NCBI GenBank assembly: GCA_043746875.1
Contig: JAYTQE010000033.1
Span: forward strand, 1 to 45,514
DNA from: Minisyncoccota bacterium
Lineage (GTDB): Bacteria > Patescibacteriota > Minisyncoccia > Phycocordibacterales > UBA9973
Length of the DNA: 45,514 nucleotides
Direction: 5' to 3'
Positions 8,962 to 18,405 of the stretch are shown here, piece after piece. The notes under the pieces are model-generated. The model saw only the letters and a program-made list of their open reading frames with translations. It searched no databases and was not told the origin of the DNA. The position numbers and the translations under genes are program-made. How positions within the stretch are numbered: position 1 is the stretch's first letter; the number at the start of each line of letters is the position of its first letter.

Positions 8962-10848
8962 CTATGGTAACACACGTTCGCTTCCTATGGTATATATAGG
9001 GTCATTTTTAATATCATTAAAAATTGCTTCTTTTTTTGTTGATATCGAGGTGTTTGTTGTAGAATCAATAGCTGAAACATTTACTTCTCCTAATAATTTA
9101 ATACTTTCATCTATCTGACTTTTTGAAGGTCGAGTTCTAATTTGAAAAAATAATGATCTTGATCTTTGTACACTTGAAATTCTTGGTAAAGATGCAACTT
9201 TCCATTCTATGACTCTAGTAAGAGGATTAAATGAAACATCTTCATTATTTGGAATAATTACTCCAGCCCAAGCAATTGATTGTGGCAATGTTGCACTTAC
9301 AACGATTTGAGTAATTGGATTTGTTACAGGTTTTAATACCCAATTAATAGAATAAGTAGTATCTTGATCTGCTCTTGGTGGGTATGGTCCTGTATTTTTT
9401 ATTGGACCAGTAGAAAAACTAGCTTCAGAAGAGAAGTCTATTATTGATGCAAACTTAATAGTTTTTTGACTAATATTATCAATTGTTTGCTGTTCATTAT
9501 TTCTATCTGGAAAAAATCCCTTTACGGATAAAAACATAGATATATCCTTAGAAGGTCTACTTGATGGTAATACTCTGAAACTAAAAGGAAATTGACCAGT
9601 TGCTCCAGGAGCTAAACTAATTAAAGAATCATCTGTATTTGAATTCCAAATTAAAGTATTATCGATTGAATTAAAATAACCCTTATTTATAGAAATAGAA
9701 CTTTGATCTATATTTTCACCTAAAAGATTCAAAGTAAAAATTGGTTTTGATATTGTTAAAGGAGAATTGTTGGTAAAAGAAATGTAACCATCTATGCTAC
9801 TTCCTATTGGTAGAGTAACTATTTCTGAGTCTTGATTGTTTATAGATATTTTACTTGAAATAAAAGGTTCAATAATTTTTACTACAGATAAAACTGAATT
9901 ATAAATAGTGCCTATGGGGCTTCCTATTTCTCCTTCTGGGGTCCCCACATAGATACGAAAAGCTTTTTCATCATTTTCTTCTCCTAATATTCTACCTTTT
10001 ATATTTATATTTTTTTCTGTACCTTTTTGCATATCGCCTAGGCTCCAAACATTATTACCGTAAGAAGGTTTTGGTTCTGATGATTCAAAAACAAAACCAT
10101 TTGGATATTCAATTTTTGTAATAACATTATTCAAAAATTTATCTCCAGAAAAAATATTACGAACATTAAAGGTAAAACTTTGATTTGAAACTACCCCACT
10201 TGATATATCTACCGAAAGATCCACTGGTGAAGAATTTATCATTATTGATGATTTTAATTCTTTTTCAAGAACTGCTGTTGTTCCAAATAGTTGATATGAA
10301 AGTACCGCTTTGATCTCCCTACTTAATCCTTTTTCGCCATACAAAATGATATTAAAAGATTCATTTTTTGATTTTCCAGACATAATAGTCCCTATTTCTC
10401 TTTCTATTACACTTGTATCGGCACCCTTCTCATCTGTTGAGCCTTTTGGGTAGTTTAATATCAATTTAACATTTATTAAATCAACGGAATTTTTATTTAC
10501 TATTTCAACCTGAACAGGCAGCTCTTCGCCTCCGTCAACAAAAGAATTACTCAAAATATTAAATTCAACATTTTTACTAGACAAAACACTAGCTCCACGA
10601 TAAATAGAAAAACCTGCTACCCCTAAAGCTATTATGAAAAAAAATAAAGTTACTAAGAAAAACTTTTTATATCCTGAGGTGGAATTACTAATGTAATCAT
10701 TTTTAGGAAGTTTTATATCTCCCCATGTTGAAACTACATTTTGCTTCAATGGTCTTAAAATACCAAATTTACGCTTAGGAATATTTTCAGGGTCACGTGC
10801 GTATAATTTCCTTTCTAGATTTGCAATATGATCTATTTCATCAGACAT
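8962..10848 (-). CDS. Hypothetical protein, N-terminally membrane-anchored with a beta-rich extracytoplasmic region
   Basis: 628-aa ORF with one TM segment (FFLVTLFFFIIALGVAGFSIY) followed by a long Ser/Asn/Ile-rich, Ig/CARDB-like region. I recognise no catalytic motif. Confidence 0.6.
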   Translation of the reverse strand: MSDEIDHIANLERKLYARDPENIPKRKFGILRPLKQNVVSTWGDIKLPKNDYISNSTSGYKKFFLVTLFFFIIALGVAGFSIYRGASVLSSKNVEFNILSNSFVDGGEELPVQVEIVNKNSVDLINVKLILNYPKGSTDEKGADTSVIEREIGTIMSGKSKNESFNIILYGEKGLSREIKAVLSYQLFGTTAVLEKELKSSIMINSSPVDLSVDISSGVVSNQSFTFNVRNIFSGDKFLNNVITKIEYPNGFVFESSEPKPSYGNNVWSLGDMQKGTEKNINIKGRILGEENDEKAFRIYVGTPEGEIGSPIGTIYNSVLSVVKIIEPFISSKISINNQDSEIVTLPIGSSIDGYISFTNNSPLTISKPIFTLNLLGENIDQSSISINKGYFNSIDNTLIWNSNTDDSLISLAPGATGQFPFSFRVLPSSRPSKDISMFLSVKGFFPDRNNEQQTIDNISQKTIKFASIIDFSSEASFSTGPIKNTGPYPPRADQDTTYSINWVLKPVTNPITQIVVSATLPQSIAWAGVIIPNNEDVSFNPLTRVIEWKVASLPRISSVQRSRSLFFQIRTRPSKSQIDESIKLLGEVNVSAIDSTTNTSISTKKEAIFNDIKNDPIYTIGSERVLP

Positions 10849-10880
10849 AAGTTAAGTATAGCAAAAAAATACCATAAATA

Positions 10881-11456
10881 TTAAAGATGGGTATGAGAAA
10901 TAGCCTCATTTACATCTTTGATCATTTTTTTTGTTGTAGTAATATCAAGAAGAGAAAAAGTTTTATTCAGTGGTGATAAAAATAATTCTTTATTATCATC
11001 TGGTATTGAAATATAACCTAAATGAGCTAAAACCCTCCATATCACCAAAGTATCAAAAATCTGAGAATCAAATTTATAATTAAAACATCTAGAACATTCT
11101 TCTATATGCCCAAATAGCTCCTTGTGCATTTCTCCTTCTCTTCCTAAAAATCTTTCAACAGTAGTAAGTGCTCTAATATAAGACCTGGCAAGAGGATCAA
11201 AAGGTAGCATTAGAAATGGATTATAATAATTTGTAGCACTGGTTATACGCCAAATATCGCGCCCTTTAACTAGGTCAACTTCTATAAAAGAATAGTCTAC
11301 AAGCTGACCTTTAAGCTTAGAATTTGACTTACGTACACCTTGAGCATTTGCTACAACAAGACCCAAATCCTCAGTAAAAAGCCAATAACGCTTATTTGCC
11401 TCTCCTACTGGAACACTTCGCAATATAACAGCTTTTGTATGATAAATAGGGTGCAT
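10881..11456 (-). CDS. recO: DNA repair protein RecO (short form)
   Basis: N-terminal OB-fold signature AVILRSVPVGEANKRYWLFTEDLG. 191 aa. Confidence 0.85.
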   Translation of the reverse strand: MHPIYHTKAVILRSVPVGEANKRYWLFTEDLGLVVANAQGVRKSNSKLKGQLVDYSFIEVDLVKGRDIWRITSATNYYNPFLMLPFDPLARSYIRALTTVERFLGREGEMHKELFGHIEECSRCFNYKFDSQIFDTLVIWRVLAHLGYISIPDDNKELFLSPLNKTFSLLDITTTKKMIKDVNEAISHTHL

Positions 11457-11527
11457 ATAAAGAAATTATAACACTAAATCATATGTCTATAATTTCTCTT
11501 TTAAAGAAAAAACCGTAACTTTAATAT

Positions 11528-14500
11528 TTAAAAAGTTACTTTAAATGAAATATTTTCTATAATAATTTCTCCAGAACTATCTTCATTTAGACTAATATTT
11601 TTGGCGCCAACAACTTTTTTAATATCGGATTCAAATGCTTTTATTATTTCCATACCATCTTTATTTGTACCGATAGAAAGATCTATTACATCATCAGGTA
11701 TAAGGCCTTTTTGTTTACGCATATCTTGAATGGCGCGCATGAGTTCGCGAGAAATACCTTCTGATTTGAGCTCTGGAGTTATTTCAATATCATATCCTAC
11801 GGTTATATTATTTTGCGTAATTAAGTCACTTTTTTCTCCTAACAAATTAAGTTCACTGACAGCTTCTTTAATGTTTAATTCTTCTTTTATTAAATCAATG
11901 TATTCTAAATCTAGTTTTAAGTCTGTACTGTTTATATTTATATAAATTTTAGACAATGGTTGTTTGAGTGAAATATTTATCTGTTTTCTAAGTGAATTAC
12001 CAGAAGTACAAACATTTCTAGTCACTTCCATTTTTTTAAGAATTTCATTGTTAACAATACTAGCTTCTGGCCATTTTGAAAGGTGAACTGATTCTACGTC
12101 ATTTTCATTTCTAAGTTTCATCCACATATCTTCTGCGGTAAATGGTGCAAATGGTGCAAGAAGTTGCGACATGGTTTTCAATACATGATAAAGGGTTTGT
12201 TTTGATTCAACATCATTATCTCTGAGCCTGTCTCGTGAGCGACGTAAATACCAAGTTGAAAGATCATCAATAAAATCACGTATAGAGCGAGTAGGTCTGA
12301 ACAAGTCGTAAGAATCTAACGATTCAGTTATTTCAATAATGATTTGATTTAATCTAGTAATAATCCATTGATCTAAAACATTTTTACTTTCTATTTTATT
12401 AATTTTATAATTTTCAATATCTTTGTCTCTATACAGCTCATAAAATGAATAAACATTACCAAATAGGTTGAAGACTTTATTATTTATTTCAGCAACAGAT
12501 TTTTCATCATAGTTCTTACTCTCGCCTGCTTGGTTGACTGAATACATCCAAAAACGTACAGCGTCTACCCCAAATTTATTAATTTGATCATATGGCTCTA
12601 CAATATTACCGATAGATTTAGACATTTTTTTACCATCTTTATCTAATAAGTGACCCAAACAAATAACATTTTTATAGGCCTTGCCTTTACCCATAATAGA
12701 CCCTATTGCATGTAATGTATAAAACCAACCACGAGTTTGATCTATTGCTTCAGATATAAAATCTGCAGGATACAAGAGTTCTTTATTTTCAAATCTTTTA
12801 CCTTTTTCAAAAGAAAATGGATAATGATCTTGAGCAAAAGGCATAGCTCCTGAATCAAACCAGACATCCATAACCTCTTTAATTCGCGTGAACAATTTAT
12901 TATCTTTTTGTAAAACAACATCATCTATATATGGTCTGTGCAAATCAAGTTCATAATTTTCATTATGAGGAAGTGGAACAAAATCAATTTTTCTTAAATC
13001 AGCATTTTCAAAGTTTATATAATCACGAGTATGATTAAATAATCCATGAAAATAAACTCCACGACTATGTAAGTCTATTGCTCTTGCAATGCCACCATGA
13101 GTTACTATTAATATCTTTTTTTCTTGATATTTTTTCTCTATGTCGTACATAAAGTCAGCAGTTCTAATTAGAACATCAATATATGATTCTCCATCTTCTG
13201 TTTTAAAATTATATCTATCAAAACCATTATTTCTTATACTGAAATAATCAATAAAAGGTTTTCCATCAAATTCTTTACCTACATACCATTCGCGTAATCT
13301 TTCGTCTTGAATTATTTCGATATTTAACCCTTTCGTTTCTGCAAAAATCCTAGAACTCTCTTTGGTTCGACTAAATGGTGATGTGATAATCAAATCAATA
13401 TCTTGATCAAAGGATTCAGCTCTATCTATAACCTGCTTTATACCAAATTCTGTCAGTGGATCAGGGGTACTACGATCACAGTTCCATTCTTGCTTTATAT
13501 TATGGTCAGTCTGACCATGACGCATTACAAAATAAGTATTACCTGATTTTTTTGTATATTTCTTAAGTGTATCAATTGAATCTACGACCAAAACTTCATT
13601 GTCATTTATCCAAATAGGTAATGGTGTTCCCCAGTATCGCTCTCGAGATATAGCCCAATCTTTAACCTCACGTAGCCATTCACCAAAACGTCCGTTTTTA
13701 ATGTGTTCCGGATTCCAATTGATATTACTATTTTCTCTAATAAGATCATCACGAAGCTCTGACATTCGAATATACCAAGAGTCACGAGCATAATATATAA
13801 GTGGAGTTTTACAACGCCAACAATGAGGATATGAATGTTCGTATTTTTCTTTTTTAAAAAGTAATCCTCTGTGTGCTAAATTTTTAATAATATCTATAGC
13901 AACTTCTTCGTCTTTTACGAATCTTCCTTCCAAAAAGTCTGTACCATTAATAAAATTTCCTGTTTCATTTACTGTGTGGAATTTAGGTAATCCAATTTTT
14001 GTACCTAGATCAAAATCTTCTTGTCCATACATAACAGCTGTATGGACTATTCCAGTACCATCAGTTGTAGTAACAAAGTCTGCAACATACACTTTGTAAG
14101 CATGCGTCATCTTGTCTTTTTCAGGTCCTGTTATTATTTCAGATAAATATGAATAAAGTGGCTCATATTCTAAGCCGACAAGTTCTAAGCCTTTCATTTC
14201 TGATATGACTTCGTAAGTATTAGTGACTATACTTAATCTTTCTTTTGCAAGAATCAAAAATTCTTCTCCTACTTTTATTTTTACATAATCAATATTTTCT
14301 CCTACTGCGAGGGCTACATTACCCGGTAGTGTCCAAGGAGTTGTAGTCCAAGCAAGTAGATAAGTATTATCCTGATCCTTTATTTTAAACTTAGCAGTCA
14401 CTGACAAATCTTTGTCGTCTTGATAACCTTGGGCTAATTCATGAGATGCAAGCGCTGTACCACAACGAGGACAATAAGGGATAACTTTGTAATCCTTATA

Positions 14501-15022
14501 TAATAAGTTCTTTTTATTAGCTTCACCTATAACATTCCAAACACTCTCCATAAACGATGGGTTAAATGTATAGTATGCAGAATCTTTATCCACCCAATAA
14601 CCAATACGCTCCGTAAAATCTTCCCAATCTTTTATGTGTGTGAAAACACTATCTTTACATTCTTTATTAAAATTAGAGATACCGTAATTTTCAATTTCTT
14701 TTTTTGATTGAAGTCCTAATTTTTTCTCTATTTGAAGTTCTACTGGCAAACCATGAGTATCCCAACCTGCACGACGTGCAACATGAAAACCTTGCATAGT
14801 TTTATAACGAGGCATTACATCTTTAAAAGCACGAGCTTCAAGATGATGAAGTGCTGGTTTAGCATTAGCAGTCGGTGGCCCTTCGTAGAATATAAAATCT
14901 CCTTTTGGGGATTCTTTTTCAAGAGACTTTTTGAAGATATTATTTTCTTGCCAAAACTTCAAAACTATTTCTTCACGAAATGCCGCTGTTGATTTATTTA
15001 AATTTTTATTTTCCTCTATCAT
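11528..15022 (-). CDS. ileS: Isoleucyl-tRNA synthetase (type 2-like) with an internal histidine-phosphatase domain insertion
   Basis: HHLEARA (HIGH-like), an editing domain (TTTPWTLPGN), WAISRERYWGTPLPIW, DVWFDSG and KMSKS. Residues ~495-681 carry RHGQTDHN...SPFSRT...EWYVG...THGG. Confidence 0.95.
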   Translation of the reverse strand: MIEENKNLNKSTAAFREEIVLKFWQENNIFKKSLEKESPKGDFIFYEGPPTANAKPALHHLEARAFKDVMPRYKTMQGFHVARRAGWDTHGLPVELQIEKKLGLQSKKEIENYGISNFNKECKDSVFTHIKDWEDFTERIGYWVDKDSAYYTFNPSFMESVWNVIGEANKKNLLYKDYKVIPYCPRCGTALASHELAQGYQDDKDLSVTAKFKIKDQDNTYLLAWTTTPWTLPGNVALAVGENIDYVKIKVGEEFLILAKERLSIVTNTYEVISEMKGLELVGLEYEPLYSYLSEIITGPEKDKMTHAYKVYVADFVTTTDGTGIVHTAVMYGQEDFDLGTKIGLPKFHTVNETGNFINGTDFLEGRFVKDEEVAIDIIKNLAHRGLLFKKEKYEHSYPHCWRCKTPLIYYARDSWYIRMSELRDDLIRENSNINWNPEHIKNGRFGEWLREVKDWAISRERYWGTPLPIWINDNEVLVVDSIDTLKKYTKKSGNTYFVMRHGQTDHNIKQEWNCDRSTPDPLTEFGIKQVIDRAESFDQDIDLIITSPFSRTKESSRIFAETKGLNIEIIQDERLREWYVGKEFDGKPFIDYFSIRNNGFDRYNFKTEDGESYIDVLIRTADFMYDIEKKYQEKKILIVTHGGIARAIDLHSRGVYFHGLFNHTRDYINFENADLRKIDFVPLPHNENYELDLHRPYIDDVVLQKDNKLFTRIKEVMDVWFDSGAMPFAQDHYPFSFEKGKRFENKELLYPADFISEAIDQTRGWFYTLHAIGSIMGKGKAYKNVICLGHLLDKDGKKMSKSIGNIVEPYDQINKFGVDAVRFWMYSVNQAGESKNYDEKSVAEINNKVFNLFGNVYSFYELYRDKDIENYKINKIESKNVLDQWIITRLNQIIIEITESLDSYDLFRPTRSIRDFIDDLSTWYLRRSRDRLRDNDVESKQTLYHVLKTMSQLLAPFAPFTAEDMWMKLRNENDVESVHLSKWPEASIVNNEILKKMEVTRNVCTSGNSLRKQINISLKQPLSKIYININSTDLKLDLEYIDLIKEELNIKEAVSELNLLGEKSDLITQNNITVGYDIEITPELKSEGISRELMRAIQDMRKQKGLIPDDVIDLSIGTNKDGMEIIKAFESDIKKVVGAKNISLNEDSSGEIIIENISFKVTF

Positions 15023-15071
15023 ATAAAAAATGCCCTAAAAATAATCTTATTAATAGACTATTTCTAAGGGC
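15023..15071 (-). terminator. T-box terminator/sequestrator hairpin directly abutting the ileS AUG
   Basis: GCCCUUAGAAAUAGUCU...AGAUUAUUUUUAGGGC followed by AUUUUUUAU and then AUG. Confidence 0.7.
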
Positions 15072-15209
15072 GAATTCATTTTGATTATATAGAATCGCGG
15101 TACCACCTTAGTTTTTTCTTATTTACAACTTTTACGGGTCTAACCGTCAGGTTCTACTATCTTATAAAGATTTCCTCCTGAAGCTCCAGAGTGATAGCTC
15201 TTTCAAAGC
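15023..15209 (-). promoter_or_regulatory. T-box riboswitch leader of ileS
   Basis: Minus-strand AACUAAGGUGGUACCGCGA (15092..15113) is the T-box sequence with a UGGUACC bulge. The antiterminator (CUAAGG/CCUUAG, GCGA/UCGC) is mutually exclusive with the terminator. Ile codon AUC lies at 15195..15193. Confidence 0.8.
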
Positions 15210-15215
15210 ATTTCT

Positions 15216-15244
15216 ACTTTACCAATATTAATATCTTTTTACAA
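15216..15244 (-). promoter_or_regulatory. Candidate promoter of the ileS leader
   Basis: TTGTAA (15244..15239), a 17-nt spacer, then TAAAGT (15221..15216) on the minus strand. Confidence 0.35.
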
Positions 15245-15277
15245 CCCTTATTAAAGAGTTATTTTTATAATAAAACC

Positions 15278-17701
15278 TTAACATGTTTTTTGAGATAGTT
15301 TAATTTGTCGTTTATAAAAAATATCTTTTAATAATTCAACAAACATAAAATAGCATACTGTAATTGCAACAATAATAAGAACAACATTAAATGAAATTGC
15401 CGTAAAACCAAATATTTTACCTACTGATGATAGTGCTATTGCCCATGCAATAGATACTGCAAATACCGCTGAGATAATAACTAAAATGTGAGGGCGACGA
15501 GCTTGCCAGATGGACTTTGCTGATCTAATAAAAAATATTACAAAAACCTGAGAAAGGAATGATTGTAAAAACCATCCTGTTTGAAAACTACTACCCGATA
15601 GTAAGAAAACTTTATAAAGTATAAAAAAAATAGCAAAATCAAAAAGTGAACTAAGTAATCCGAATGTTATCATGAATCTTTTTATAAATGATATATTCCA
15701 CGGATTAGGTTTGGCTAAAATCTCTGTATCAACATTATCATAAATCAAAGTTAATTGAGATGATTCATATAAAATATTATTTAATAATAACTGAGTTGGA
15801 AGCATTGGTAAAAATGGTAAAAAAATTGATGCCGCAGTCATAGAAATCATATTCCCAAAATTTGAACTAATAGACATATAAATATACTTCATTGTATTTG
15901 CAAAAACCCTACGACCCTCAGAAACACCAATTACTAATCGATCTAAATTTTTTGATACCAAAACAATATCTGCACTTTCTTTGGCAACGTCTACCGCATT
16001 TTCAACTGAAATTCCAATATCAGCAGTACGAAGTGAAGGTGCATCATTTATGCCATCACCCATGTAACCAACAACATGCCCATTTGATTGAAATGCCATA
16101 ATAATACGATTTTTCTGAGCAGGAGTAACTCTAGAAAATATTGTGACTAATTCACATCTAATTTTTAATTCCTCATCTGAAAGATTCTCTAAATCTTGAC
16201 CATCAAGAGTTCCTAAAGATTCGATGCCAACATCTTTTACAATTTTCTCTGAGATTAATTTATGATCTCCTGTTATTACTTTAATAGTGATAGATTTTTT
16301 ACATAAATCCTCAAGTACAGCTTTTACTGAAAATTTAGGAGGGTCAATAAATGCTATAAAACCAGAAAAAATTAATCCTTTCTCATCATTTTTTGTATAA
16401 ATATCTTTAATTTCATAAAAAGTTTTTGTGGCTACGGCAATCACCCTATAACCATCTTTTGATAATTTTTCAAATAATAAAATTGCTTTTTCTCTATCTT
16501 CTTTACTAATATCACTAACGTTTAAAATATCTTCTGGGGAACCTTTAGTAATAAGTATTTGTTTATTGTCAATTTGAACAATCAAACTATCTCTCTTTCT
16601 TTCAAAATCAAAAGGTATTTCATTTATTTTTTTATATTTATCTATTGAAAAAACTTGGTGCTCTATAATTGCAGCATCAAGTGGAGTTTTATTATTAGTA
16701 AGTAATTGACTATTAATATACGCTGTTTCAATTACTGAATCTGACTGATTACCATTTATATCAAGATATTCTACAACAACTATTTTATTTTCAGTCAATG
16801 TTCCTGTTTTGTCTGTACATAAAATATCCATACTTCCAAAATTTTCTATTGAAGATAGTTTTTTTACGATTATTCCCTGTTTTGACATTTTAATTGATGC
16901 GCGAGATAAGTTTACTGCAATTATCATCGGTAGAAGCTCTGGAGTTACACCAACAGCGAGTGCTAAAGAAAAAAGTAAAGAAGAAAGTATATCTTGTTTA
17001 AAAACAACGTTTATTAAGAAAATACAGATACAAAGTATAATGACTATTTTAGTTATTAAAAAACTAAACGATCTAATACCTTTCTCAAATTCATTTTTTC
17101 TTTCTTTTACCGAAAGCAAAGAGACAATTGAAGCAAATTTTGTTGAATGACCTATAGCAGAGATGCGTATAAATGCTTCACCACTTATAACACCACTTCC
17201 CATATAAACATTCATTTCTGTTGCCTTGATTACAGGTAAAGACTCTCCTGTTAGAGAGCTTTCATCAACATATAAATCACAAGATGAAACTATAGTCCCA
17301 TCCGCAGGAACAACACTCCCAGCAAAAAGTTTAACTATATCCCCTGGAACAATATCTATACTTTCTATATTTAATTCTTTTCCAGATCTAATAACAATAG
17401 TTTTTGGAGAAACTCTTTTTGCTAACAAACTAGCTGCTTTTTGTGATTTATAAGAGACACTAAAATCAAGTAAAGCGCTTACAAAAATAATAATTATTAT
17501 TAATATCCCACTTATTGTCGAACCTATGGCAAGTGAAGTAATGGCAGCTAAAAGCAAAATAATAGTCAATGGACTTTTAAATTCTTCAAAAAAAGTTCCT
17601 AATGCTGATTGTTTTTTATCAAAAGAAAGACTGTTTTTTCCTATTCGTGATTGAATATCTACAACTTGACCCTCACTTAATCCATCAATTAAGTAATCCA
17701 T
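15278..17701 (-). CDS. mgtA: P-type cation-transporting ATPase, MgtA-like (Mg2+ import type; subtype less certain)
   Basis: DKTGTLT phosphorylation site (ILCTDKTGTLTENK), TGES loop (LTGESLP), MGDGINDAPSLR, and the MgtA-typical PFDFERKR. Confidence 0.8.
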   Translation of the reverse strand: MDYLIDGLSEGQVVDIQSRIGKNSLSFDKKQSALGTFFEEFKSPLTIILLLAAITSLAIGSTISGILIIIIIFVSALLDFSVSYKSQKAASLLAKRVSPKTIVIRSGKELNIESIDIVPGDIVKLFAGSVVPADGTIVSSCDLYVDESSLTGESLPVIKATEMNVYMGSGVISGEAFIRISAIGHSTKFASIVSLLSVKERKNEFEKGIRSFSFLITKIVIILCICIFLINVVFKQDILSSLLFSLALAVGVTPELLPMIIAVNLSRASIKMSKQGIIVKKLSSIENFGSMDILCTDKTGTLTENKIVVVEYLDINGNQSDSVIETAYINSQLLTNNKTPLDAAIIEHQVFSIDKYKKINEIPFDFERKRDSLIVQIDNKQILITKGSPEDILNVSDISKEDREKAILLFEKLSKDGYRVIAVATKTFYEIKDIYTKNDEKGLIFSGFIAFIDPPKFSVKAVLEDLCKKSITIKVITGDHKLISEKIVKDVGIESLGTLDGQDLENLSDEELKIRCELVTIFSRVTPAQKNRIIMAFQSNGHVVGYMGDGINDAPSLRTADIGISVENAVDVAKESADIVLVSKNLDRLVIGVSEGRRVFANTMKYIYMSISSNFGNMISMTAASIFLPFLPMLPTQLLLNNILYESSQLTLIYDNVDTEILAKPNPWNISFIKRFMITFGLLSSLFDFAIFFILYKVFLLSGSSFQTGWFLQSFLSQVFVIFFIRSAKSIWQARRPHILVIISAVFAVSIAWAIALSSVGKIFGFTAISFNVVLIIVAITVCYFMFVELLKDIFYKRQIKLSQKTC

Positions 17702-17707
17702 AATATT

Positions 17708-18364
17708 TTATAAACTATACTCTTTTCCAATTCTTGTAGCTTCTAATTTTTTATTATCATCTTCTACAATAGCAAAAATTTTTTCTACTAATCTTTTTGG
17801 ATCATCATCAAAAATTACCCTATCTGCTGGTCTATTACCTTTTGCTATTATTTCTTTTATTACATCTCCCATAGCCCAAGGACCTTCTAATATTCCAAGT
17901 GGTTTATTATCTTCATATGCAATAGTAAATTCATGTATTGTTCCAATCCTACCACAACCCAATATTACAGCATCACAACTACGAGTAAAAAGTAAATCTC
18001 TTCCTGGATATCCAAATCCTGTATAAACTATTAAATCCATATAATCTACTGGTAAGCGATAATTCTCTACATGCTCCCTTTGACTTGCCGCTGGAGAAAA
18101 TCCTATTGATACTCCTCTTTCTTCTTTTGCACCTATAGCAGACCACAGTGGAAATCCTGTTGTTGCTCCTGTTATAAGAATACCTCCTTGTTTTATAATT
18201 TCTCTACCCAAATCTTTTCCTTTTTCAAGAGCATTTAATCCACAATGTCCAGTTTCGGCAGCCCCTGAAACACCAATTTTTATTTTAAGGTGTCCATGTT
18301 TGTCACCATTTTCAAGTGGCCCATTATAACAAATATATTTTTCTTTTTTTTCATTATCTGACAT
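17708..18364 (-). CDS. LOG/TIGR00725-like Rossmann-fold nucleotide-binding protein
   Basis: ITGATTGFPLWSAIGAKEERG resembles the GGGxGxM..GA region, and GCGRIGTIHEF resembles PGGxGTxxE of the LOG/SLOG family. Confidence 0.65.
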   Translation of the reverse strand: MSDNEKKEKYICYNGPLENGDKHGHLKIKIGVSGAAETGHCGLNALEKGKDLGREIIKQGGILITGATTGFPLWSAIGAKEERGVSIGFSPAASQREHVENYRLPVDYMDLIVYTGFGYPGRDLLFTRSCDAVILGCGRIGTIHEFTIAYEDNKPLGILEGPWAMGDVIKEIIAKGNRPADRVIFDDDPKRLVEKIFAIVEDDNKKLEATRIGKEYSL

Positions 18365-18405
18365 TTGTATTATCTAATTTAATATTATTAATAAATAGTT
18401 TTTAA

